Below are positions 25,546-38,017 of a DNA stretch of 64,000 bases, in pieces. How positions within the stretch are numbered: the stretch's first letter is position 1; each line of letters opens with the position of its first letter. Both the position numbers and the translations under genes were made by a program. Origin of the DNA: Magallana gigas (lineage: Eukaryota); NCBI RefSeq assembly GCF_963853765.1, contig NC_088855.1, forward strand, positions 35,712,001 through 35,776,000, read 5' to 3'. Under the pieces are notes generated by a model. It was given only the letters and a program-made list of their open reading frames with translations, did no database searches and was not told where the DNA came from.

Positions 25546-26030
25546 TAACTGAGTTATTCAGGTGACCTATTGCAATTGATCTTTGTCCATCGTCGTGCGT
25601 TGTGCGGTAACAATTTTACATTTTTAACTTCTTCTTGAAAAATTACAAGGCCAATTGTTACCATTGTTGTTATGAAGCAGTTCTATGGTAAGAGGCATCT
25701 AAATTGTGAAATTCATAGCGCTGTCACCCCGGGGCCTTATAAGCGGGGTCAAATATGCTAAACAAAAAAAATTATTCTCTGCTCCCATACACGGGGGAAA
25801 TACTAAATGCTAAATACTTTTCTACATCAAAATATTTTTAAGAAAAACTAAATACATGGTTATCATGTCCACGTAGCCCCCCCCCCCCCCCCATTTGCAA
25901 CTTGTGATTTAATTTATTACCCCTGGGTCAGGGGTTCATACCATATAAGGTATGGCCAATGTGGCCATAAAGGAAAAAATGTATCAACTGTATCTTAAAA
26001 ATCTTTTTCTTTACTCCCATATAAAACTTT
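25546..26030 (+). mobile_element. Degenerate HINE-like element
   Basis: Left-end-like GGTTAACTGAGTTATTCAGGTGACCTATTG followed by GTCCATCGTCGTGCGT. Boundaries are approximate. Confidence 0.5.
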
Positions 26031-26762
26031 GTAAGCTTGGAGCCAAGGTATACATGTAGGTAATTTTAGATTCCCCCAACTATTGAACCCCCTAACTATA
26101 TTTTCATGAATAATTGTTTTTCAGAGATCGAAAAACAAAAGCGAGGAAACAGTCAGTGGAGTCTCAGATTTGTTTGGGTTTAAGCTTAGAAATGAAGTTT
26201 TCATTGTACAATGACATATCAAGCTAAGGACAGTGGTTGGTACATGTACGTAGCATGTAATAAATGGAGCTGGAAATATATACAGGTATAGATATACATT
26301 TATTACCTCGGATTAGGATTTTCATGATTTTGAGAATTACTTTTTTTTGCTTGTCAAGATCTTTTGGATGAGCCCCCCCCCCCCCCCCCCCCTCCAATTT
26401 AAAAAAACGATGTTTCTAGTCTGAATGGTATACTCAGGTGTCCGTCAAGGTTTGTTTGTTTTGTTTATTTGCTTGGATTTTTTTTTTAGATTGTCTGTCA
26501 ATATTTTTGGGGGTACGTGAAATAACTTTGGGAATTCGGTGATTGTGTTCTTGGCATATCCCCACCTCCCTCCTTTTTATAACAATACTGCGTGTCTGAA
26601 TAGAGAATTATGCAAAGGAAAACTCGTATCATTATGGAAAATGCTTAAATTGAATATTTGCCAAAAGAGAATGATTAAGAAACAAAAAAGGAAGTAAAAA
26701 TAGGGAAGGATCAGATCGGGAAGACCCACTGAGTATATCCAACAATAAATATTGATCCGTTA

Positions 26763-26763
<1 letters not shown>

Positions 26764-26830
<67 letters not shown>
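26764..26830. repeat. (GA)n microsatellite
   Basis: Direct reading. Confidence 0.95.
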
Positions 26831-26834
<4 letters not shown>

Positions 26835-27978
26835 GTGATTTTTATACTCCTTAAAAATTCTTTATAAATCAGGAAGATACGAGTAAATGGAACGAGTTTT
26901 CTATATACTTACTAGTACTTACTTGTGCACATGATATGCAAGCGTGATCAAGCCAGATCAAGCGTTGCAACCCTTTACCAGATGAACATTGTAGAACCTT
27001 GTACTTATATAGCATCAGCTCTCACCCCCTTTTTTCCAAACACATTATTTTTTTCGTAAATTTACATTTAGAAAAATGATATTTGGACCTTATTTAATTA
27101 TGAACACTTTGTACTCTAGATGCCCGAGAACATCCGAGTAATATAATTACAATTGTGAAGACATTTACTACGACGGCTCATTCAGTAAATCACGGACATG
27201 TACTCGGACTCTCTATCTGTTTAGTTCAATGCATGATGAGTCCATTCCATCATGCATGCGCTAAAGCTTATAGTGTGACCACCGTGTGGGCGATATCTAT
27301 ATTTAGCTGCACATGTATGCACTGAAAGTTCACATACCCCCCCCCCCCCCCCCCAAACTACGACATGGTGCAACTATGTAAAGGTTGTAACGTGCTTCAA
27401 GCGGTCAAACTCCTATGAAACAATTTTCTTCAGATGCGAATCAACGAAATAATGCCCCAGTAAAAAACTGCCCCTTCCCCAATACAACAGACGTCTAGAT
27501 GATCAGTCGAAGGACAAATCGATAAGAGAAGTTCGCTAAGGTGAGCCAACCTGCCCCAGTAAACCACGTCGACCCCTATGGTGTGACGCTATTACGTATA
27601 CTGCAAAAGTGTGCAACGGACATGACATGCACACCGATGCTGATCGCCAATGTGAATCAAGAGAAACTACACAGTCGGGCACCTTTTCATTTATATATTC
27701 ACAGGACACACTCAAACGACTTTTAACAAATTGTAATGCCAAAAATTGCTTATTTCTATGAAAAGGGTAACCCCAAAACACTAAAACTGATTAAATAGAG
27801 TAAAAAAAACATTAATACACTAATTTATTTTTAAAAAATTAAAACTATATACAAAAGAATTACAGCAATGTGCTGTATATTTTTTATTCACTGGGAAGGA
27901 AAAACATTTTTAAAAAAAAACAACGATCATAACGTCTGTACATGATGATGACGGGAGGAAAACCCTACACAGTTTCTA

Positions 27979-30890
27979 TCACCTCTCTTCCTGCTCTGAA
28001 TTCCTGCCAAGCCGCAACGCAGAAACTACAGCTCGTGCAACTGATTCTGATGCAGCACTGCGCATGTCCCAAGTGTGATTGCACTCTTTGAACGGGAAAT
28101 AGTAACAATTGTTGAGTGCAGACAAATTTGTCTTAAACGGATGGGTTCGATTCACGTCCCTCACATCAAGTCCTGCTGCACAAATTCGTTTTTCCCTCAA
28201 AGCATTGTAGAGATCGGAATAGTTAATTGCATGTCCATTTGAGTAGCTGTCAAGCAATATGGCGTCTTTCTTCATTTTCTTAAAAGCGTCTTTTTGAAAG
28301 AGATGTGATTTTTGCGTCAGTGCTTTACAACAAATGCAAATGATGTCCGATTCTGAAACAAGTCGTTCAAAGTTCGTGAATTCGGCACGTGACTGTGGGT
28401 TCTTTACGACACAGAGGTCATTGTATAGCAAGTCCTTGACCCCAAGGTCCAGGAAGCGCTGGGCCACTGCCTGACCAACATAGCCGTAACCGATGATCCC
28501 CACCGTCTTCTCACAGAGCAGAGGGTCGCTCTTTAAAGTGTTCGAGTTCAAGTCAAAGATATCAAACTTCTGTTGTTCTTGGTCTGTTTAAATAAAATTG
28601 TAAAGGCAATCAAACAAACATGTAGACGATGATTATCTTTAAAAATCAATGCCACTGTGGAAAATCCAGATACTTGCATACACTACAAATTATTTGATAA
28701 TTTACATATATATTGGAGTTTTTATTATTATTTTTTTTTTGTCTTTTTTTCGAGAGGATTTATAAGGCACTTTACATAATTATAATCATACTGCAAAGAA
28801 ACCCAATTCCATCTTTAGGAAACCAATTGAGTATGAACACATGCATACATAAAATATAAATCTAAATGTACATTGACTCGCGAGATAATGCGTGTTCACT
28901 TAGTTATCGCATGCAAAACAATATCTTATCCGGAATTCAGTTTGCTATCACTATAATGTGCCAAACTATGTCAGACGTGCAAACATTTACCTTCGAGAGT
29001 CTGACGAAGAATACCCATGGTTAAGTTAGCGACAGTGTCCTTAGACATTTTGGGTAAGGTCACCAGTTCGATCCCCCGTCTCTGACATTCTTCAACGTCA
29101 ATGTGATGTGTGTCTTCGCTAAGTGTGGCAACAACGCACAATCCTGACCCTGAAAGTAAAAAAAAAAAACAAGATACCAAATTAATTAAAAAATTTCATT
29201 CCGTGTACAGGTACATTATCTCATGTTGCAAAAGGAGAGAGTTGTTTTCCCCCGATCATGACGTATATGGACTTTGACCCCGAGTCTGGCCCTCTATCAA
29301 CAAACGTCAGACGAGACAATGTCCTTTTAACTTCTTTTAGGGTCAGGCTGCTCCAAGATCTGGGCGCCTGAGTTAGGTTAGTGACCGGGAAGGCATCGAC
29401 TCTTGCTTTATTATTGATCTTATTGCACAACAAAACCATATACCGTATTGAGTTCATTTAATGAGTGTAATTAAATCAAGAGCGAATCCATTAGTGAGTT
29501 AAAAAGGTTACGATGGTTGNNNNNNNNNNNNNNNNNNNNNNNNNNNNNNNNNNNNNNNNNNNNNNNNNNNNNNNNNNNNNNNNNNNNNNNNNNNNNNNNN
29601 NNNNNNNNNNNNNNNNNNNNNNNNNNNNNNNNNNNNNNNNNNNNNNNNNNNNNNNNNNNNNNGTGAAAGTATGTCAAGTTTAAGATATCAAAGTGCATCC
29701 AACGTTTACATTTTTTATATTCAATATGTAATAATTGGTCATAAAATGTGTCTTTTTTTAAATTCTTTTTTTTTATGGTTACAATTGCAAACTTGCGGTC
29801 ATTAGCTTTAACGCATAATTAACCAACAGTGCTACGATGGCGAAAAAATGTAGGAGAATAAATAGAAGATAAAAAGAATAGCAAAGTTAAAATTGTTTAT
29901 TCATAAAAAAGTATATCATAAACTCGGTCTGTTCCATCGCTACTTAACTATATAATCAATATTCGGATATTGAGACGGAGTAATTCGGTCATTCAAAATA
30001 ACCTAAATTGTATTAGCGATAAGCTTTATGAATATAAATAAAAACAAAGCGAGTGAATAGCAAGTCAATATAAATTATATGATTGGGATATCGTGACGTA
30101 GGTTTTATTGATAAGAATTAAGTCCAGAGTCCAACAACTAGTTGTTTACTGTCTGGGTCTTTATATGTGCATTAAAAAAGGTGTCAAGGCTATATTGCAA
30201 ATGCGCCTTGCATATGAATCAACACCTGGTTCAGGATGGGTTTTTTTTCACATAACAGAAATTTTTTTCTCATCAGCCAAGTAAGATCTAAAAAACAGTA
30301 TGTGTTAATTTCTTGGCATGAACTTTATTTGATTTTAATGCACTATATGTAAAATTTAAAGTATTCAGTGAACTGGTAAAAGAAAACACACACCACATGG
30401 ACTACATGACAGCTGAAACACGTACACAAAACGTCCGCACGTGGTACGTGGGTTGTAAAATTTAACTAATTTAACTATACAAAACTAACGCAACAACCCT
30501 ACAAAAACAATATTATACAGTACCCGATTACCATCACAACAAACTTGAAAATGTTTATTTAAAAATAAAATTTGGGAACTTACCAGCGGAGTTGATCACA
30601 TCCTTGTCGACGTGATCAGAACTTGTGCATAACAGCGCATTCACGCCTCTGACTCCAATCAACAGCTCTCCCCTGGGAACAGGGTCCGGACTTTCCCACA
30701 TCGAGATGTCTGCCACCTTCAGCAGAACATCTAAGCAGGATTGTGGGACATTGGACGTCAGGTAAACTCTACACCGTGCCTTCATGGTGCTCTGCTCGTC
30801 TCGATCTGCCAGGGCTCCGTCTGTTGTTGTTTGGGTTAGCTTCCGTGTGACGTCACATAAATAATAAGTCTGATTGGGCAGTTCTGACAT
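27979..30890 (-). CDS. Divergent GRHPR-like paralog, copy B: intact ORF, catalytic residues substituted (candidate pseudoenzyme)
   Basis: Exons 30890-30584, 29149-28991, 28583-27979. The GT-AG phase-1 introns sit at the same positions as in copies A and C, and there are no internal stops. It retains VYLTS, WESPDPVPRGELL, ALLCTSSDHVDKDVINSAG, GIIGYGYVG, SDIICICC, KMKKDAIL and AAGLDV. An alternative start ATG is at 30785. Confidence 0.82.
29520..29662. other. Assembly gap (N run) in intron 1 of copy B
   Basis: Direct reading. Confidence 1.
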
Positions 30891-31451
30891 AGCGTGTTAT
30901 TAATACAATTACTACCGTCTCGCGGAAGGATTAAAAGTTTATAAGCTTTGAGAACAGTTGACGCAATATCACGAAGTTCTCTCGGGCCGAATGATGCAAT
31001 CAATACCTATTCTTTGGGGGCGGATCAATTTTCTCAGTCAAAAATCATTATCTTTTCCTTGAATCTTTCAAAGTTATATTTTTTTTTCAATCTGAAAAAA
31101 AATGTTTCCCAAAGGTCGATAATTCATAAAAAAGATTTTATTTCTGCAAATTAGCATGGATCGATACATTTAACTTCAGGGATGATCCCATATATGATTT
31201 TGGGATAATCCAGACCTGTTGTGACGACCCGGCATTTTTCCCCTCCCCCTTTCTACCACCATTTAAATTTTTATTAGCAACGTGCACTTACTTTCTCTTA
31301 ATCATATTTAATTGATAATTTGAAAACTAACTGCACTATGATTTAAACAGTTAAAATATCATGAAAGGTGATGTAATATTTTATGATAGGGCATAAATTT
31401 ACAAGATGCTACCCCGCCCGCCCCCCCCCCCCCCATCCCTCTTTTTTTTTT

Positions 31452-31790
31452 TTTAGCTCATCTGAGCTGAAAGCTCGTTAGCTTATCTGATCACTTTTTG
31501 TCCGATGAATGGCTGTCTGTTTTTAAAATTTTTATATCTGTAACTTCTCCAGAGCCATTGGACTAATTTCAACTAATTTTGGCCCAAAGCGTCCCTAGTC
31601 AGAAGGTGAAGGGGATTCAAGTTTATTAAAACGAAGGGCCAAGTTTGTTCAAATCATAATCCCCGGGGTAGGGTCAGATGAGGATTGGACTTTTACATAG
31701 GAATAGATATTTCTAAAAAATCAATAAATCTTCTTCCCAGTAATCATTGGTCAGAAAAGCTGTAGTTTAGATTCAAGTTTTCTTTTAATC
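31452..31790 (+). mobile_element. Degenerate HINE-like element
   Basis: Left end TTTTAGCTCATCTGAGCTGAAAGCTCG...CTGATCA, the same motif as at 6276. Confidence 0.6.
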
Positions 31791-32175
31791 AAATAATAAT
31801 TTCGGTCGGGGCGTGATCAAATCTATCATATAGTCCTTCGGAATTTATTGGATTTGATAACGCAAATTATTTATGAAATAATCACCTCATAGTATTCAAA
31901 GAATGATTCCTTTTTCCTTAGGTATTCACATTTTCAGTATCTTTATAATAACACTGAGAAGTAATCCAATAAATTCAAATGAGGTGTCGTTGAGGGGCAA
32001 GCGGGGTTTGCATAATTAAAAGAAATGGATTTCACATATGTCAATATTCTGATGTTTATAATCGTACAATTGCTTAAAATTATATAAATATAAGTATAAT
32101 AAGGAATATATATTATAAAGAATTATCACCTCATAATATTCAAAGAATGATTCCTTATTCCTTAGATACTTCATA
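31790..32175. mobile_element. Dispersed repeat (family shared with 13525-13700) with an internal direct repeat
   Basis: ATCACCTCATA(G/A)TATTCAAAGAATGATTCC occurs at ~31881 and ~32125. Confidence 0.55.
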
Positions 32176-33391
32176 TGTAATATTCTTGAAAAACGTTATC
32201 CTGCTGTACACTGTAACTTTATCAAACATATCCTAAACCTGTTGCTCAGATGCAGCATCATCGTCCATTTTTATCACATAATGCAACATACATTCAAGTG
32301 AATATTGGACCAGTGATAACTTCAATCGCAACTTCTCGGGCCTTTCCGGCAGGCTCGGAAAACATACTTCAAAGTTTTAGCTAATAGTATTGGCAGACTA
32401 AAGGATAAAAAGGACAAACGCCGAATTTTTGGAGCAAAAACTTTGCGGAGAAGGTAAAGCATCGCCGAGTTCACAACACATTCAAATATTTCCTGTCGCA
32501 AGGGGCTGATCCGCTTGGCGAAATTCGTGTTGTCATGACAACGCGTACTCGTATAAGATTTTGGTTTTTCGGTGTTTTCTTCGAGTTAAAACCACTACTT
32601 GCTACAAAAGTAATTTGCAAACAATTTATTACGAGTATAGTATTTACATGCATTCTTCATGGAAGTATGAGTGTGGTAGATAATCTACGAAAGCATATCA
32701 CTCGTAATTATGTTTTCGGTTTCCCCGTGTTTTCTTCGGTTTATTTCAATGCTTGCTACTTTGGAAAGGCGTTATAACGCGAAAAGGGCATTATAACGTC
32801 TTTCTTTAAGGCGTAATAACGCCTTTCTAAAAGGCGTCTAAACAAAGAAAAAATAGGTATTATATGAGCGTGCACTTGTTGTGATTCAACTTATCAAAGC
32901 GGGTATGAGTCAATGTTAGTCTCCTGGCTAGAACTAGATTTAGAGTAAGATGGCGTACCATTAGAATACCAACGCCCGCTATGTTAATTCGACAACGATA
33001 TTTTCGATATATACAAAACATGAAACATATTCATGCCAATATAACTATTATGTGCACAATTCCATGTCAGAATTTATTTCTACATTGATAAATGCAATAC
33101 AGTATGAATAAAAATACATTCTGATTTATATATTGGTAAGACGATAAAAAGAATATCTTTTCATTTTCAGTTACATAAATGATACTAATAGGCTTCCATA
33201 AAATTCATGCATATAATTTTTTATTGATGTATTAATATCATATTTTGAAATCATTTATTATTCATATATTTTTAAAAACAAGCAAAACAAGATACACGCA
33301 GTTATAATAAGTTAACATTAGAGATTGTAAAAAAAATAATGAAAAAAGAGTATATTGCAATAGATTATTATTAAAAAAAACCCGTCAAAAA

Positions 33392-36264
33392 CTATGCTTC
33401 AATCCGTCGTAGCACCTCCCCTTTCGGACGACCCTTGTTCAGTACACTTATGATATTTTCAGCCGCAATTTCTGCCATGCGGTTTCTTGACTCCCATGTA
33501 TTGCTCCCCATGTGTGGAAGTATGACGCAATTATTCAAGGTGAGTAATGGGTGGTTCATAGGAAGTGGTTCTGGTTCTGTGACGTCAAGCCCGGCAGCAG
33601 CAATTTGATCGGATGTCAAGGCTTCGTAGAGATCATCATGGTTGATGATTCCCCCTCTTCCGGTATTTATAATAATGGCAGTTGTTTTCATCTTCTGAAA
33701 CGTTTTCTTGTTAAACAAATGCCTCGTTTGGGGGTTCATATTGCAACATATACACAGGATGTCCGACTCTTTGACAAGATCCTCAAATTCAACATACTCG
33801 CCTCCAAAGTCCGAAGCAAAGCTTAGTTTCTGAACATCGTGATAAATGATCCTTTCGACTCCAAACGGTTTAATTCTTTTCGCTACTCCATAACCAATAC
33901 GACCGAGACCCATTATTCCGAATGTTCGTTTCTTCATCTCAACTCCACAGAGCCACATAGGTTTCCATTTCCCCCATTCGCCATTTTTCACCGCATATGC
34001 ACCTAGAAATGCAATTAATAATAAACCATTTATTATACTTGATACCTCTAAATACATTTTCTCACAATAAACTATAAATAATTTTACATTTTCAAACTTT
34101 TTAATGAACTCAGACGACAGGAAATCATGCAAAGATTTAAACATAGTCGTAGCCTTTAATTTAAACTGTCTTGATAAGTTCGAATGCAAAGTTATCAAAA
34201 CGACTATGAATAATATGACATTCTAAAAGTTTTATTTAATTCACATTCTTTTTATTATTCGTATCTAACTTTCTTACCAATGATGGGTTGCAATTTGAAA
34301 TATTTGTTTATAGCTTAACGATACCCAATACTAGTATGTCCTAACACTTAGTCAAGGAGGCTGGGTGAACAACAAGTAACCCATAAGGCCTGCCATATAC
34401 TTTTTAATATGATATTTTGTTTTACTATAAAGTATAATTCAGTAAAGAATATTTTAGTTTTAATCTGACCATTTTCCTATATCTCAATGCAGAGTCAATG
34501 CAGAGTTCTTAATTAAACCAGGGTAAATATAGCATAAATCCTCTTAGAGCACACCTTCCAGGAGCCTGCGGGCGGTGAGCAGGACCAGTGACACTGTCAG
34601 CTCCGCCACGCTGTCCGTCGATACGTTGGGTGTGTTTGTGACCGACACACCCCTCTCCTGACAGGCCTGGAGGTCGATATGCTCGTAACCTACCGACATC
34701 GTCGACACCACCTGGAGCTGGGGCCCTTCATAAACAAGAAAGCATATGACTAAAAGAATCAATTCCTATATTAGTATTCTATTAACATAAATACATGTAT
34801 TCGCGTTAGTTGAGAACAAAATATGGGTCTGAACAATTTGAAACATTATTGTCGATGTAAATACCATGTTGCAAAAATAATACTTCGATATTATACAGTT
34901 AATGGTTAGTTTGAGGATATCAAATCATTTGTTGGACTTGAGGACACAAATGTTGCCCAGATCCGAAGGCCGACGACAAAGTTCTTGTCTGAACTGGTTG
35001 AATTAATATAATTGAATTTCGTTCCAACTTTGGTTTGGTTTTCTTTCGGTAAGAACTGCATACAGGAAGAATATTTATAAGGGTATAATAATACTGTATG
35101 CTTCGCGTCTCACCTACATGTACAATATTTTACAACGCTTTGAAATGATGGCTATTCTGACTAATGACTATCCTTCAAAACAACAGTTGTGTTCTTTATG
35201 TTCTGAGAAACGCATATGATCTTTGAGTTATAAAGAACATTGAATTATTGTTTTAAATTCCAAACATCTTTAAACTGTATTATACCTGCATGGAATGCTT
35301 GGAGTGAACAGAATGTTATGAAAGTTAAATTCTTCATTTTGGGCACGTACGTATAAAAATTATGAAACAATATATAACAAAAGTTTGTTGGATCCAGGCG
35401 AGCTAAAAGCTGAGGTACGTATAGAGATCGCTAAGAAAACAGCTATTTTCATTTGATTCTTTATTATAAATAAGATGCTCATACACATTTGATATGACAA
35501 AACCCATCAGCATTAGGTTATAAAACATGCACCGATGCCGATACTAAAAGTCATGCAATTCTTCTCAATCGGTAATGTTGACTGAGAAATCGATATCTTA
35601 TATTGCATAGTTTATCCTTGCAACCGACCTCTACGTACACATATCAAGGTCGTTGGCTGGCTTTTTTACACGATCGTACGTTTGCCATTCTGGAAAATGT
35701 TGTAATTATAGGAAAAACAACGCGGGGGGGGGGGGGGGGGGGGGTGAGGCATCGCACAAGTTATTCAATTATTGAATTACTGTCCGATCTATATACATGT
35801 ATATGTATACCAATTATATGTAAATCTTAAAGCATACATGTACAATGTTTGCATTGTGACTATGGATTCCGAATTCTTTTTTTAATTTAAATTAACATGT
35901 TTTCGATATTTATTTGGAAGAGGAAAATTAATCGATAAATTAAAACCATTTGACGCCATTGATTGAGTATTTGTAAACGATAAATTACATGTAATAGTAC
36001 ATCACAGAGAATTTAAAATATTTTGGTAACTGAACATAATAATTAGTTGAATTAAACTTTACCTGCTCGTTCCAACACTTCTCTGTCAATTTTGTCGGTC
36101 AGCATGCACAAAATAGCATCCACACCCTTCACATTTTTCAAGAGGTCTTCTCTTGGTATGGCGTCATCACTCTCCCAAAAAGTTACGTCGCAGCTCGGCG
36201 TCAAAATTTGCGTCCCGGGGTCGGGGATTCTTCGCGTCACAAACACTTTAAACAGTTGGTTCAT
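33392..36264 (-). CDS. GRHPR: Glyoxylate/hydroxypyruvate reductase, copy C (most canonical)
   Basis: Exons 36264-36063, 34725-34555, 34002-33392. Motifs: KVFVTRRIP, STMSVGYEH, TPNVSTDSVAEL, WKPMWLCG, GLGRIG, INTGRG, LDVTEPEP, ILPHMGS. Confidence 0.93.
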
Positions 36265-36844
36265 GGCCTAGTTCTATAACCTCGAAAGTTGAAAGGGATC
36301 AGAACCTAGCACACTACTCTAAGCTTGAAATGCGTCTCACAGAGAGAATCTCTTCGTAGCTTCATTGATTCACTATCACGTTGTAAATGCGTGAATATTA
36401 TCACAGAATTGTTTTACATTCCATTAAATAATTATGTTTAGTTATTTGGTAAACGAGTATTTATTCGGATATCATTTAAAATGTACACCTTTTTGGTGGT
36501 TTTAAAACATTACGCATACACGTGTACAATACTTAAATTATATATTATGCATTTACCAAACCATTCAGAATAGCTGAATACATAAATCCCTCTCTTTAAT
36601 TAATTATTTCAATGTTGATTCAACATAATTTGGTTAACCAAAATCTAAAAGACATTATACCATCAATCGTCTTGAACTTACCAGAATAAACTTCTTTAGT
36701 TTTCTTCTTATTCCCGAACGTCGTAATTTTCATGAATACTAAAGGTATGCTTATGCTTATGGAGGGTAATCGTGTTCAAAAATCCAGACATGTAAACTTG
36801 TAAATCCGAAATGCGATCGTGTTGGTGTGTGAGCCTAATTATGA

Positions 36845-38017
36845 ATATGTATGGTGTTCCGATGGGGCCACTTCGATCTTCGCACTTTCGCATTTAGGTC
36901 GAGGTGCGAGAGTGCGAAATTGCGAAGGCGAAAGTGCGAAAGTGCGAAGGTGCGACGGCGAAGGAGCGAAAGTGCGAAGATAAGACGGCGAAGCGCGAAG
37001 ATGCGAAGGCGAAAGTGAGAAGTTGCGAAGGCGAAGAAACGTTACTACTATCGCTCCTTCGCCATCGCAACTTCGCACTCTCGCCTTCGCATCCTCGCGC
37101 TTTCGCCTTCGCCTTTTTATTATTGTGGAGCTCTCTGTAGTTTACAGACAATTTTAGCTGTATTAAAGGACATATAAGGAAGACGATGAACTTTTTAGAA
37201 TTTATTTTCAACAGCCTGCGCAGATCCATAACTTTTTTCGGGGGGGGGGGGGTCGATGGATAATTATATTTGTCCGGGGGGGGGGGGGGTCCGAGACATA
37301 TTTTGGAGATATTATTAAATATAATTAATAAAAATAAATTTTCCGGGGGGGGGGTGGGATCCGGACCCTCTCTCCTCTTTACTGCATGTGTGAAGTTATT
37401 GATATTGAATTTTCCGGGGGGGGGGGGAGGCGGACCCCCTCTCCCCCTCTTAATCCATACATGAGCAAGGAGTGTCGCATAATGATATAAGAATGCATAT
37501 TACTGTGTTTGATCCACGGTTAACAGACAGCTGGTAAGTGACAGGAGTCTGAAAGTGCATATGTATACATTATGGCGGACATTACATTTTATGTGCATGG
37601 AGTATATAATGATTAGGCATAGCCAGCACTGGTTAACATATATGTCACATATATACACATAAAAATATTTATAAACATTCATAGTAAGCACAATGGCCTA
37701 GCGCATGCGTACCAATAATATGGATTAATCGGAAAACCTTGGCGAGTACGGTGCCTGCATCAAATTCTATGTAATCGACCGAGACTTTCTGAATGCTATC
37801 AAAAAAGGCGAAGGCGAAAGTGCGAAGTTGCGAAGGCGAAGGAGCGATAGTAGTATCGCTCCATCGCCTTCGCACTTTCGCCATCGCATCTTCGCACTTT
37901 CGCTCCTTCGCCGTCGCACTCTCGCACTTTCGCCTTCGCAACTTCGCACTCTCGCATCTTCGACCTAAAGGCAAAAGTGCGAAAGTCGAAGTGGCCCCAT
38001 CGGAACACCATAAATAT
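36845..38017. mobile_element. Fold-back/MITE with ~220-280 bp TIRs built from degenerate GCGAA short repeats
   Basis: Left ATATGTATGGTGTTCCGATGGGGCCACTTCG and right CGAAGTGGCCCCATCGGAACACCATAAATAT are inverted. Arms span about 36845-37120 and 37800-38017; the interior has G-runs. Confidence 0.8.

Noticed and set aside
27979-30890. Calling GRHPR copy B a pseudogene
   Set aside because: It has no stops or frameshifts and keeps splice sites and phases despite deep divergence. Expression is still unverified.
9115-36264. MTHFR plus GRHPR genes as a serine/one-carbon metabolic gene cluster
   Set aside because: They are separated by an unrelated glycosidase and many repeats, and no shared regulatory signal is visible. 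Chance adjacency is sufficient.
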